IMG/VR virus record: IMGVR_UViG_3300001097_000004
Location: 10,664-74,663 of that record
DNA length: 64,000 nt
Reading direction: 5' to 3' (one strand)
DNA from: a virus
A program made the translations under genes and the position numbers. The notes under the pieces were generated by a model that saw nothing but the letters and a program-made list of their open reading frames with translations, had not been told where the DNA came from and ran no database searches. Of this stretch, positions 38,913 to 47,517 are shown one piece after another. How positions within the stretch are numbered: the stretch's first letter is position 1; each line of letters begins with the position of its first letter.

Positions 38913-39248
38913 TTAGCCGTTGACAAATACCTCCGAGTGTGCTACGCCTTGACGCGTCAGGAACGACTTGATCGGTGTGTACAGCTTGCGCAGCTCCGCG
39001 CTCGATATGTCAGTCTCCGGGCGACTGCGCTCAGGGTAGCTCATGTAGCACACCCGCACAGTCTCCTGTAGGCGCGTTGACGCGTTGCTAGGCTTGCGCC
39101 AATATGCCCAGCCGTCACTAATGCTATTCGACCAGTCCATAAGTCGCCACAGCGTCATAACGGCAGCTTGCAGGTTAGGGCGGTGAAAGTCCTCGCACGC
39201 GTCACGCGCAGCGTTCTCTATCTCGCACTCGTTCAGGATGAATGCCAT
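38913..39248 (-). CDS. Hypothetical protein
   Basis: Start MAFILN with GAAAGGAG RBS; W...SDGWAYW.KP motif; PafBC-like promoter upstream. Confidence 0.8.
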   Translation of the reverse strand: MAFILNECEIENAARDACEDFHRPNLQAAVMTLWRLMDWSNSISDGWAYWRKPSNASTRLQETVRVCYMSYPERSRPETDISSAELRKLYTPIKSFLTRQGVAHSEVFVNG

Positions 39249-39351
39249 GGGGCACTCCTTTCTGTGGTTGTTAGTTCTAGTGTAGCACACTCTACCGACA
39301 AACACAAACGGCCTACCCCGTAGGGTAAGCCGTCAGCGTTGATCTAAGGGG

Positions 39352-39591
39352 TTAGAGTGGGCCATTCACCCAGTCATAGACGGAACGATCTAAATGACGC
39401 GGCTCTCGCACGCGCCCCTTGCCAGCAGGGTGGTTAGCCTTGCTACGCAGCAGGTCGGCGTACGCAGCACGCGCAGCGACTTTCTCCCGGTGAGTCTTCA
39501 ATGCCGACGCGACCAGCAGCAGCACGATTCCGAGTGCAAACACGTAGGCGAGCAGTGTGGTTCCCGGTGTGGTGGCGATGAGTTCAAGCAT
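39352..39591 (-). CDS. Small membrane protein
   Basis: GAAGGA RBS; one TM helix then a basic tail; own promoter. Confidence 0.75.
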   Translation of the reverse strand: MLELIATTPGTTLLAYVFALGIVLLLVASALKTHREKVAARAAYADLLRSKANHPAGKGRVREPRHLDRSVYDWVNGPL

Positions 39592-39631
39592 GTTGTCCTT
39601 CTCTCTGGTTGGTGGTTCCAACTCTAGCAGG

Positions 39632-39751
39632 TCATTCCGTTCCTGTCAAGCGGGTTATGAGTGCAGCGACTGCCCAGATAACCGGCAGCACTACAATGAA
39701 TCCGCTCGCACCGTAGGCGGTGAACGCTACGATGGTGGTGAGGATGGTCAT
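39632..39751 (-). CDS. Small hydrophobic protein (39 aa)
   Basis: MTILTTIVAFTAYGASGFIVVLPVIWAVAALITRL; AGGGAG RBS; own promoter. Confidence 0.65.
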   Translation of the reverse strand: MTILTTIVAFTAYGASGFIVVLPVIWAVAALITRLTGTE

Positions 39752-39806
39752 GGTGTCTCCCTTGCTTGTTACTGCAAGCTTACCATGATACCCGCAACCT
39801 GTCAAG

Positions 39807-39950
39807 TCACTCTTTGAATGTCGGCACTTTCTTCTTCGGGGGCTCTATCTTGACTGTTCTCTTATATTCTTTGCGGGGGTTTTCTGTCGGACTCTTAAAC
39901 AAAATTAGCCCGACGATGAAGATACACATTGCGATATAGGCGATACTCAT
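39807..39950 (-). CDS. Small membrane protein (47 aa)
   Basis: MSIAYIAMCIFIVGLILF then a Lys-rich tail; TTGACA-N17-TAGACT-N6-ATG. Confidence 0.7.
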   Translation of the reverse strand: MSIAYIAMCIFIVGLILFKSPTENPRKEYKRTVKIEPPKKKVPTFKE

Positions 39951-39997
39951 CCCTATAGTCTATCAGCTCGACACCTTGATGTCAAGTCTCTAACGGC

Positions 39998-40118
39998 GAA
40001 TGCCCCGACACAGTTCACGATGTCGGGGCACTCTCAACCGAGAGTAGCAGGGGAGTCAGGTTTCGCCGGGGTCTTACGCCCTTGTTAGAGCTACCCAATC
40101 AGGCCAACTTCCCTACTA
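39998..40118 (-). ncRNA. Candidate structured small RNA
   Basis: Promoter TTGACA-N17-CAGAAT, no ORF; 15-bp closing stem 40104-40118 with 40045-40059, internal hairpins, terminal GC hairpin. Confidence 0.55.
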
Positions 40119-40180
40119 ACTACTATTCTGCCACCTATCCGCTCGCTTGTCAAGTCCTAAGATTCCCGGGCGTGTCGGAA

Positions 40181-40399
40181 CTACCCCACAAACTGCACCA
40201 GCTCGTCATACAGCTCATCAGTACGCTCCCGCGATAGCTTTGCGATCTCCAGCATGGCGGTATACATCTCCGCAGCGAGTGCTCCTGTAGTGGCTCCCAG
40301 TACCGGATGATTGCGTATCACAGTGTCCAATACTGCCATATCCGCACCGAGCAGGGCATCCATATCCGCACCGAGCGGGGCATCTTGTAAAGGTTCCAT
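40181..40399 (-). CDS. Hypothetical protein
   Basis: Leaderless promoter; internal LGADM duplication. Confidence 0.7.
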   Translation of the reverse strand: MEPLQDAPLGADMDALLGADMAVLDTVIRNHPVLGATTGALAAEMYTAMLEIAKLSRERTDELYDELVQFVG

Positions 40400-40542
40400 G
40401 CCTACAGCCTATACTCTATATGCTCGATTGTCAAGTCGGCGGGCGCAGTACCGGGGACTTGGAATTTCTGCCCCGGGGGATAAAAAAATCACCGAATAAG
40501 GGAGACTATACGTCATCCCTTATCCGGGTGGTGTTTGGTACG

Positions 40543-40713
40543 CTATGCAGCGTAACGGGCGATCTCTGCCCGCTTAACCGCTTGGCGCGATCTCTCGCGC
40601 TTGGGGCGATTGTCCCATGGCGTGGCCGCTCCAGACCGGCGACGTTCCCGGTCAGCTTGTGCAAGCTCCGGGTTCTCGTGACGGTGGCGCTTGGTGTTCT
40701 CCTTGTTGGTCAT
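40543..40713 (-). CDS. Small basic protein
   Basis: MTNKEN...RRRSGAATPWDNRPKRERSR; TACACT-N6-ATG. Confidence 0.75.
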   Translation of the reverse strand: MTNKENTKRHRHENPELAQADRERRRSGAATPWDNRPKRERSRQAVKRAEIARYAA

Positions 40714-40752
40714 GATACTAGTGTAGCACACCGCTCGCCCGGTGTCTACTCT

Positions 40753-40986
40753 CTAGAAGAAAATATCCTTGGAATAGTCCCGGTCGCATCCGGGGCATAT
40801 CCACGCGAACGTGGCGCACGCATGGTCACCGTAGAGTTCTCCCTCTACGTCTCCACCAGAGAATGTGCAGCTATCCCGTAAGTAGTCGCACGCGTCAACG
40901 TGGCGCGTCTCGTCTCGCTCGTAGTCGTCTCCCGCGATCTGTGTCTCATTACCACTCACGCCAGGGGGAAAATTTGAAAGTGTCAT
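40753..40986 (-). CDS. Small Cys-rich protein
   Basis: SNFPPGVSG.E..IAG N-terminus, WICPGC; GAAGGA RBS. Confidence 0.75.
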   Translation of the reverse strand: MTLSNFPPGVSGNETQIAGDDYERDETRHVDACDYLRDSCTFSGGDVEGELYGDHACATFAWICPGCDRDYSKDIFF

Positions 40987-41082
40987 GCTGTCCTTCTTTC
41001 TGGTTGATGCTCTAAGCCTACACCATACCCCAGACAAACACAATACCCCCGGCAAACTATCTACCGGGGGCGTGTCTCGCGT

Positions 41083-41334
41083 CTAGAGAAACACGTGCAG
41101 GTGTAGTTGACTGATTGCGTCCTCCGCAGACACTACGCGCCCATTAGGCAGCTCCAGCGACGCGTCCCAGTCCTCCTGTTGAGCTAGTCGGATAGCCTCG
41201 ACCGCGAACGGGTGGAAGTCCGAATGAACCGGGGGATAGCAGTTCGTGAGCAGGTGTGCAGATACCGCCGTGGCAAGTGAGATTGCCCCATCCTGAGCCG
41301 ACTCCGCGTATGCTTGTGCAGTTGAGAAACCCAT
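41083..41334 (-). CDS. Hypothetical protein
   Basis: MGFSTA..., HL..NCYPPV motif; GAAAGGA RBS; own promoter. Confidence 0.8.
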   Translation of the reverse strand: MGFSTAQAYAESAQDGAISLATAVSAHLLTNCYPPVHSDFHPFAVEAIRLAQQEDWDASLELPNGRVVSAEDAISQLHLHVFL

Positions 41335-41553
41335 GTGAGTTTGTCCTTTCTGGTTGATAGTTCCTATCCTACACTGTATCCGGCAGGATGTCAAATCCGA
41401 ATATGAGACTCCGAGTGTGGTCGCGCTTGTCGTCACGCAAGTCCGGGAGGCCGGGCGCAAGGGACTTGGAATTTCTGTTTGGGCCGACAAAAACGCCCCA
41501 ATAGACTAGAGTGTCTACCGGGGCGTTTCGCCTAGCACCTTTCTATTAGATTA

Positions 41554-41739
41554 TCAACTCAGAGCGTAAATCTTTTCAGCCAGTTCAGGGTAGCCGTAGC
41601 CGTCTAGCGTGTCCGCGAACGTGTCTTTGTCCATGCCATAGCTTTCAATACCGGAAGTTATTGCTGACGCGTCATACGGGTCAATGGCAAAATCTTGTAC
41701 CCAGCCCTTGAGCCTTTTGATGATCGCTGTTCTGGTCAT
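41554..41739 (-). CDS. Hypothetical protein
   Basis: 61 aa; CAACCAGAAAGG leader. Confidence 0.75.
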   Translation of the reverse strand: MTRTAIIKRLKGWVQDFAIDPYDASAITSGIESYGMDKDTFADTLDGYGYPELAEKIYALS

Positions 41740-41964
41740 GATGTCCTGCCTTTCTGGTTGATAGTATCAACGATACACTATCCCCGGCGATAGTGCAAGG
41801 GGCAGTTTAGAGCTTGTGTGCCTCGTAGAGAGCTTGACACTACGCCCGGCAATTGGTACCCCGGAATGAGCCACGCGCCCCGTAGAGCGCATCCTGTCGC
41901 GTGCATGCGTATAGGGCACAGAAAGCGAGGCATCCCGTAGGATGCCCCGCGATCTTGATATGCC

Positions 41965-42312
41965 CTAGAGCACCTTGATGAATGAGTAGGGAGTTGACGT
42001 AAACGTTGCAGCGTACGCTTCTGGCCATGCAGCAGCAAGAGTCTTTGAGTCCACCTTGCCATTGCTTGAATGCTGAACCTTGACGGCCTTGATGCCACGA
42101 ATTACGGCCTCTTCTGCCCCGTTCAACTCTTCCAGTAGGATAGGCGCAACGATTGTCTTGCGACGAGCAGCAGCTTCTACCCCGGCTTTCTCGATGGCCT
42201 TGAGTTCCTTGAGTTCCGCAAGGGCTTCCAGAGCGCGAGCGTTCTTCGACCAGTTGATTACGCCGTCCTTGACGGGCGAAACTTGACCGGCGGTGAGAGT
42301 GGAGATTGACAT
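41965..42312 (-). CDS. Coiled-coil protein resembling phage exonuclease-associated C-terminal domains
   Basis: ALAELKELKA.EK..., VDSKTLAAAWPEAY; GAAAGG RBS; RecA-NDp-like promoter. Confidence 0.65.
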   Translation of the reverse strand: MSISTLTAGQVSPVKDGVINWSKNARALEALAELKELKAIEKAGVEAAARRKTIVAPILLEELNGAEEAVIRGIKAVKVQHSSNGKVDSKTLAAAWPEAYAATFTSTPYSFIKVL

Positions 42313-42613
42313 AATGTGTAGCCTTTCAGTAGTTTGTCTCTGGCGTATTGCCTCGACTAAGAACAACCATACGCATACCCACTGACAAATGCAAATTAGC
42401 GTGTTTCCCGGGCGTGTCGGAATTGCGTCCTCTCTCCACGCACGCACCCGCACGCACCCGCACGCGATTATCCCAGACCGCATGCGTTCTGTCAAGTCCC
42501 AATTCGGGGGGTAGCTCGGCAGGGCGTGCCACAATTTCCAAGTCCCTGGCGGGGGACAAAAAAATACCCCCGCTAGTGGATACCAGCGGGGGCGTTCCCT
42601 TTGACCTTTCTCG

Positions 42614-42823
42614 TTATTTGATGTAAACGACTTTGGTGAGCCGGGCGTATCGTAACATGACGGATGCTCCAGTCCTGTCCGCGTCCTGCTTGTTTATGTA
42701 TCTACCCATATCAGGGCCGAATGTGGCGATCACGAAATCCTTGCCAGCGTTCCACGCGTCACGTACAGACTTGACTGTTGTATAATCCTGCCCGTAGGCC
42801 GGTGTGCACTCTAACGTGTCCAC
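42614..42823 (-). CDS. Hypothetical protein
   Basis: PAYGQDY...W..GKDF...GRYINKQD; own promoter. Confidence 0.75.
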   Translation of the reverse strand: MDTLECTPAYGQDYTTVKSVRDAWNAGKDFVIATFGPDMGRYINKQDADRTGASVMLRYARLTKVVYIK

Positions 42824-42899
42824 TTGATTCTCACTTTCTGTTTGGTTGATATCTCTATCCTAAACTCTAAGGTCGCAGCGTGTCAAATCCTGTTTGATG

Positions 42900-43067
42900 T
42901 TACTTAGCCCACCCGCATTTTGAGCAAACTCCCGAAACAATGCTACCCTCACGACGCTTACCAGTAACTGATGAAAAAGTCAAGCAAGGGTCAATATCGG
43001 CGTGTTCTGAGCACAACATTGTTGTTACCGAGCCGTCTTGGTGTTTGGCACATGCACAATTACGCAT
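42900..43067 (-). CDS. Small Cys-rich protein
   Basis: GGAGG RBS; CAC..C..C..CSKCGW. Confidence 0.65.
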   Translation of the reverse strand: MRNCACAKHQDGSVTTMLCSEHADIDPCLTFSSVTGKRREGSIVSGVCSKCGWAK

Positions 43068-43167
43068 TTTGGGCCTCCATAAGTTTGTGGTGTGTGTGTG
43101 TTGTAAGTCAATTATAAGCATACACTGCCCGGGAAGTCAAATCTTGTGTTTCCCGGGCGTGTCACGC

Positions 43168-43647
43168 CTAGTTGCTGCGTACCCACTCGAACGCATATCG
43201 TGAGTCAAACACGCCCGAATTGTACATCCTACAGCATGCCCCGCATGCTATGGAGTGCGATGGTCGTCGTGCTTTGTGGGCGGTTGTTTTGCATATCTGG
43301 CACGTTGCAGTCCATGGCATCGGTGGCTGTATAACGTTACCCCCGTATGTACGCTTTCCGTCGCACCCGATATCCTTGGCGACTCTCTGCCACTCGCGCC
43401 CGTGTCCTGTACCCGGCGTGAGCGCGTGAGCTATCTCGTGTAGGATTGTGTCCTGAGTATTCATCCACGGATTGACTGCCGTGAGCTTACGGCTGATCGT
43501 GATTGTCTTGTCATGGTGGCGACATTGCCCGTAACGCCTGACTGCGTTGTCGTATCCGATACCCCAGTCTTGCAGTCCGTGAGAGTTCATCAACTCACGC
43601 GCCTTAGCCAGCGTGTCGCGTAGCAGAGTGTCGGTATCGTTTAGCAT
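43168..43647 (-). CDS. SprT-like zinc metalloprotease
   Basis: G.C, DTILHEIAHAL, HG..W, two CxxC pairs. Confidence 0.9.
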   Translation of the reverse strand: MLNDTDTLLRDTLAKARELMNSHGLQDWGIGYDNAVRRYGQCRHHDKTITISRKLTAVNPWMNTQDTILHEIAHALTPGTGHGREWQRVAKDIGCDGKRTYGGNVIQPPMPWTATCQICKTTAHKARRPSHSIACGACCRMYNSGVFDSRYAFEWVRSN

Positions 43648-43767
43648 TGTGGTTGTCCTGTCTGGTTATGGTGTACATCCATTATACACACACCAGAGAT
43701 TATTTGTCAAGTGTGTTCTTGCCGTCAAATATTGTGTTTCCCGGGCGTATCGGAACTGTACCCTCGG

Positions 43768-43908
43768 CTACTCGCAATCTGTGAGTACCTGCTCCAACAG
43801 CGCAAGGGCAGATATCGCCCGACTCAAATCAGCGGGGTCAACTTTCCCCTGTGTGGCTTGCAGTTCGGCATTAGCTTGCAACTCTTCGATGTTCTTCATA
43901 ATGTCCAT
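43768..43908 (-). CDS. Small hypothetical protein (46 aa)
   Basis: TTGCGC-N17-TACACT-N6-ATG; MDIMKNIEELQA... Confidence 0.6.
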   Translation of the reverse strand: MDIMKNIEELQANAELQATQGKVDPADLSRAISALALLEQVLTDCE

Positions 43909-44020
43909 GTATTTAGTGTAGCATATGCACGCAGAGAGCGCAAATCACAGGGGACTTAGAGTTTCTGCATCGCGCCCGAAAGAAAATCCCGGCGAACCGG
44001 GAATTCCTCACCTTTCGGGT

Positions 44021-44140
44021 CTAGTCCTCGTAGTCGTAGTCAAACGGGTCTACGGGGTCATCGTCCATATAGTCGCCCGCGTATGGATCGAAACCTAGGT
44101 CACTAGGATCGCTGTCGTAGTCTTCCTCGTAATCTTCCAT
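44021..44140 (-). CDS. Very acidic 39-aa peptide
   Basis: MEDYEEDYDSDPSDLGFDPYAGDYMDDDPVDPFDYDYED; TTGACA-N17-TAAACT-N6-ATG. Confidence 0.7.
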   Translation of the reverse strand: MEDYEEDYDSDPSDLGFDPYAGDYMDDDPVDPFDYDYED

Positions 44141-44171
44141 GACTTTAGTTTACACGCGCCCGCGCCCGGTG

Positions 44172-44792
44172 TCAAACCGACACGTCGTGATTGTCCCACG
44201 CGCCCACTGCCCAGTAGCGTCCGCGCCATGTTGTCCATGTTACCGCTTGTGTTTGCCCCGCTGTAAATGTCTGCCCGTATTCCTTGGATAGAATTGTGGC
44301 AGCACGCTCATACATGGCTGTAATCGTGGCGTAGAGTCCTTTAGAGATGCCGGGGCGTGTCGCGTCGGTGTGGCGCGTGTTCACTGCGATATCGTACGCA
44401 TGACGGTCTACCGTGAGCCCAAACTCCCCGCGAGTAAGGATGGAGAGGTAAAAGTTCTTCACTTTCTGCCCCCCGATAACCGCATCCGGGGACTCCCCCA
44501 GAATCAAGCGATTGGCTTTAGCAATGTTGGCGGGGAGTCCACCCGTAGTTAGGGTACCCTTGCCTTCGATCACGCGTGCGCTCAAATTGATATTGTTCCC
44601 CCACGCATTCATGGGAGACAGTACAGCAATGACTGCCACTACAGTGTCCACCCGCAAGCCATGCTTGACTGCCAGAGCGTCAGCAATGGCGTACGCGTCA
44701 GAGTACCATTGACCAGCAGTAGCTATCTGGTACGCGTCAGCGGTGCGGAATACTCTAGTTATATTCCTAACTGAGGGGATGTGGTTGGTCAT
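44172..44792 (-). CDS. Helix-hairpin-helix / DNA-glycosylase-like phage protein
   Basis: G.WY, AVIAVLSP...W..N, G.KV.NF, TVDRHA, QAVTW motifs. Confidence 0.65.
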   Translation of the reverse strand: MTNHIPSVRNITRVFRTADAYQIATAGQWYSDAYAIADALAVKHGLRVDTVVAVIAVLSPMNAWGNNINLSARVIEGKGTLTTGGLPANIAKANRLILGESPDAVIGGQKVKNFYLSILTRGEFGLTVDRHAYDIAVNTRHTDATRPGISKGLYATITAMYERAATILSKEYGQTFTAGQTQAVTWTTWRGRYWAVGAWDNHDVSV

Positions 44793-44970
44793 AATCTAAT
44801 ACTAAAGCATGCCACCCGCAATGTCAAATCTATTTTGCTATTGACTTCTCCCGCAACCTGTGCTAAAATCCCGCGCACGCGTTTCGGTAACGCGCAGAAA
44901 TTTCCAAGTCCCTCCCGGCAAACAGAAACGCCCCGGACAATTTGCTATCCGGGGCGATCTGTGCTAGGGG

Positions 44971-45186
44971 CTAGGGGGTACGCCCAGAAATCTTGATTGC
45001 GAGCAACACACTGGCAACAGAGATGTTTGCGTCCGCAAGGTGCTCCTTCCAAAGTCCGCCCCAAAGGTTGGTGGCGATCTTCTCGGCACGCGCATCCTGC
45101 TCGGCAGTTACACGATCAGCTTCTGCGATATGTGCAAGCGTTTCCGGTGTCATGGACTTGTCCCACCGGTTCTTGTATTCTTTCAT
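44971..45186 (-). CDS. Hypothetical protein
   Basis: Own promoter and AGGA RBS. Confidence 0.75.
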   Translation of the reverse strand: MKEYKNRWDKSMTPETLAHIAEADRVTAEQDARAEKIATNLWGGLWKEHLADANISVASVLLAIKISGRTP

Positions 45187-45247
45187 GCTGTCCTGCCTCT
45201 CTGATTGATTAGTTCTAATCTACACCATATCCGGGCGTATGTCAAGT

Positions 45248-45460
45248 CTAGTCTTCTCCGCCCGGCTCACGCGTGACACCCGCGTATCCTTGCAGTGTCA
45301 TATCCGCGTCACACTCGTTGCAGATAAGCGTTCCGCAGTCCACGATATCCGTGAGTGGCTGGTCGGCAAACACTTCGCTGTTGCTGGCGTGTTCTTCCTC
45401 GTTCCCGCACACGTAGTACAGGTTTATTTTGTCGGTCGGTACGAGCTTCTGGTTGGTCAT
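45248..45460 (-). CDS. Small Zn-binding-like protein
   Basis: GTLICNECD; leaderless promoter. Confidence 0.75.
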   Translation of the reverse strand: MTNQKLVPTDKINLYYVCGNEEEHASNSEVFADQPLTDIVDCGTLICNECDADMTLQGYAGVTREPGGED

Positions 45461-45469
45461 GATTCTAGT

Positions 45470-45664
45470 CTACACCTTATCTGTATTTTTGTCAAGCAGA
45501 TGCACAATCTCGCGTGCCTCTGCGAGAGTTTCGTTGGATGCGTCCCAGCCGTCCGCACGTCCTTCTGGAGTCTGTATCCAGTCCAGCCAGTCTAGAGATT
45601 CTTGAATCGGGATATTCGGGCTGTCGAAAGTCAAGTACGAGATCAGGGGGTTTGTGGTTGTCAT
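45470..45664 (-). CDS. Hypothetical protein
   Basis: Leaderless promoter. Confidence 0.75.
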   Translation of the reverse strand: MTTTNPLISYLTFDSPNIPIQESLDWLDWIQTPEGRADGWDASNETLAEAREIVHLLDKNTDKV

Positions 45665-45763
45665 AAGTAAAGACTACACCTTATCCGCATGCGTGTCAAG
45701 TCCCGGCGAAACAGAAACACTCCCCGACGACTGACCAGAATCGCGGGGAGTGTTAGTCTGTAG

Positions 45764-46132
45764 TTATTTGCGCGGCAGCTTGTCCAACCATCCCGAACCG
45801 ATGGAGATTAGCGCAGACTGGCACGTCGCGTCAAACTCATCCCAGTATTCCTCTAGGGCGATCTCTGAGAACCAGACTCCATTGCTGTAGGGGTCAACCG
45901 AGTTCGGCAAGAACTCTAGCTCAGAATCGGAGTGCACGCCTAGGGCATCGATGCAACCGCCCTCGGCATCCACGGTATCGGTGTCCGGCATGTCGTAGTC
46001 CGGGTGCGTGTATACGGTGGTCTCCTGTAGAGTCACCGAGTCTTTCTTGATGTAGTAGGATGCGAACCCGATCTCCTTGCCACCGTGTTGCGTGATCTTG
46101 ATATCGTAGAAAGGTGTAAGTATTCTGGTCAT
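45764..46132 (-). CDS. Acidic hypothetical protein
   Basis: Leaderless promoter; terminator 45716-45754. Confidence 0.8.
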   Translation of the reverse strand: MTRILTPFYDIKITQHGGKEIGFASYYIKKDSVTLQETTVYTHPDYDMPDTDTVDAEGGCIDALGVHSDSELEFLPNSVDPYSNGVWFSEIALEEYWDEFDATCQSALISIGSGWLDKLPRK

Positions 46133-46141
46133 GATTCTATC

Positions 46142-46324
46142 CTAACGTACGGCGCTCATCGTGTCAAGCTCGGCCTGTAGAATGTACCCCGAACTCAGGG
46201 CTCCATCCGGGGACATATCGTTGACCCATGTCTCAGGGCAGCGCGTGCAGCTCCACACGATCATTCCGGAATTGATTGCGAACGGCAGCGAGCCTTGGTC
46301 GTGTCGGCAGGCATTAAATGGCAA
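46142..46324 (-). CDS. Small Cys-containing protein
   Basis: AGGAG RBS; C.H...CTRC. Confidence 0.65.
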   Translation of the reverse strand: MPFNACRHDQGSLPFAINSGMIVWSCTRCPETWVNDMSPDGALSSGYILQAELDTMSAVR

Positions 46325-46379
46325 GTGATCTCCTAGGTTGTGGTTGGTTGTTGCTTCTAGTGTAGCAGGTTAGGCGTTG

Positions 46380-46769
46380 TTAAAACTCTTCAGGCTCAGG
46401 GTACATAAGCGCAGCCGTACGTGGTACGATCTTCATCGAAAACCCAAACGGCACGTGTCCTTCACCAAGATAGAACACGTCTTTACTGCTGGTTGTGGCC
46501 TTGTCCACGCCCCAAGAGATACGCTCCCACGGCGACATGGTGAGTTCTCCACCCCCGAATAGACTCGTCACGAACCCGTACCCGGGAACCTGCCACGCCT
46601 TACGCAAGTACGGGCCTCCCACTTCTTCAGTACCGGGGTCGGCATTCGCCCACGTGTCTACAATGAGCTTGGCATCCTTGGATGAGATAACGACGGCACT
46701 CTTGGAGTGTACCGTGGCAACGACGAGCACTCTACTTTCGAGTATTTCTACTTCTATCATTTCTTGCAT
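46380..46769 (-). CDS. Hypothetical protein
   Basis: Perfect TTGACA-N17-TATAAT-N6-ATG. Confidence 0.8.
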   Translation of the reverse strand: MQEMIEVEILESRVLVVATVHSKSAVVISSKDAKLIVDTWANADPGTEEVGGPYLRKAWQVPGYGFVTSLFGGGELTMSPWERISWGVDKATTSSKDVFYLGEGHVPFGFSMKIVPRTAALMYPEPEEF

Positions 46770-46810
46770 GATTATATTATACCCTTCTGGTCGGTGGTTG
46801 TCAAATCGGG

Positions 46811-46927
46811 TCAGACTTCGACCGCAGTCACAGTCAGGCGCGTGTTGGTCGGCAGCATGTTTAGCATGGCTTGCAGAGCCTCCGTAAGTTCGGGGGCTTC
46901 CCCATCTATTTCAATGTTTATCATCAT
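46811..46927 (-). CDS. Small hypothetical protein (38 aa)
   Basis: TTGACA-N18-TAGGAT-N6-ATG; MMINIEIDGEAPELTEAL... Confidence 0.55.
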   Translation of the reverse strand: MMINIEIDGEAPELTEALQAMLNMLPTNTRLTVTAVEV

Positions 46928-47108
46928 GCTTCTATCCTATACCCCCCGGCATCCGAATGTCAAGTGTCAAACCGTACAGGGATGTATCAGATTCAGTATC
47001 TTTCCTGTATATTTTGACACCCGGGACTTGGAATTTCCACCCGCACACAAAAAGGTGAGCCGAACTCACACCATCTTTAGTGTGAGTTCGGCTCGTCTCC
47101 CTTTCTCT

Positions 47109-47453
47109 CTATCGTGCGTAGAGTTGACCTCCGTGGCGTTGTGCCTCGGCAGTGGCCTTATCGAATCCTGCTGGCGTGCTTAGGTCGTAGCGTGAGGCTA
47201 CAGAGCCGTCAGAGTAGTACGCGGGACTCTTCCATCCCGCAGCCTTGATGAGCTTGCCTGTGGCACGCTCCACGAACGCGTAGACGAATGTCTGCGTCCC
47301 GTTGGTGTAGGCGATCTTGTCGAACCTGCGCCCCGGCTTGACCGAGAACAGGTAGGGTACGCGGTATTTCGCGTACTCTCCGGTATCGAGTGCATCCTCG
47401 TGCGCGAACTCGACTTCAATTCGCTTGGCGAATCGTGTTGCAAAGTTGTCCAT
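47109..47453 (-). CDS. Conserved phage hypothetical protein
   Basis: GRRFDKI...AFVE..TG.LIKAAGWKSPA...RY motif; own promoter. Confidence 0.8.
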   Translation of the reverse strand: MDNFATRFAKRIEVEFAHEDALDTGEYAKYRVPYLFSVKPGRRFDKIAYTNGTQTFVYAFVERATGKLIKAAGWKSPAYYSDGSVASRYDLSTPAGFDKATAEAQRHGGQLYAR

Positions 47454-47517
47454 GATGAGCCTTTCTGGTTGGTGGCTGATGTATTTAGTCTACACCAACC
47501 ACCAACCGGTGTCAAGT

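Noticed and set aside
40045-40118. tRNA or hammerhead ribozyme
   Set aside because: There is no cloverleaf, T-loop or CCA. CUGAUUG/GAAAC resembles the hammerhead core but lacks CUGANGA and the stem geometry.
42437-42465. CACGCACCCG short tandem repeat
   Set aside because: Only about 2.5 copies, with no clear function.
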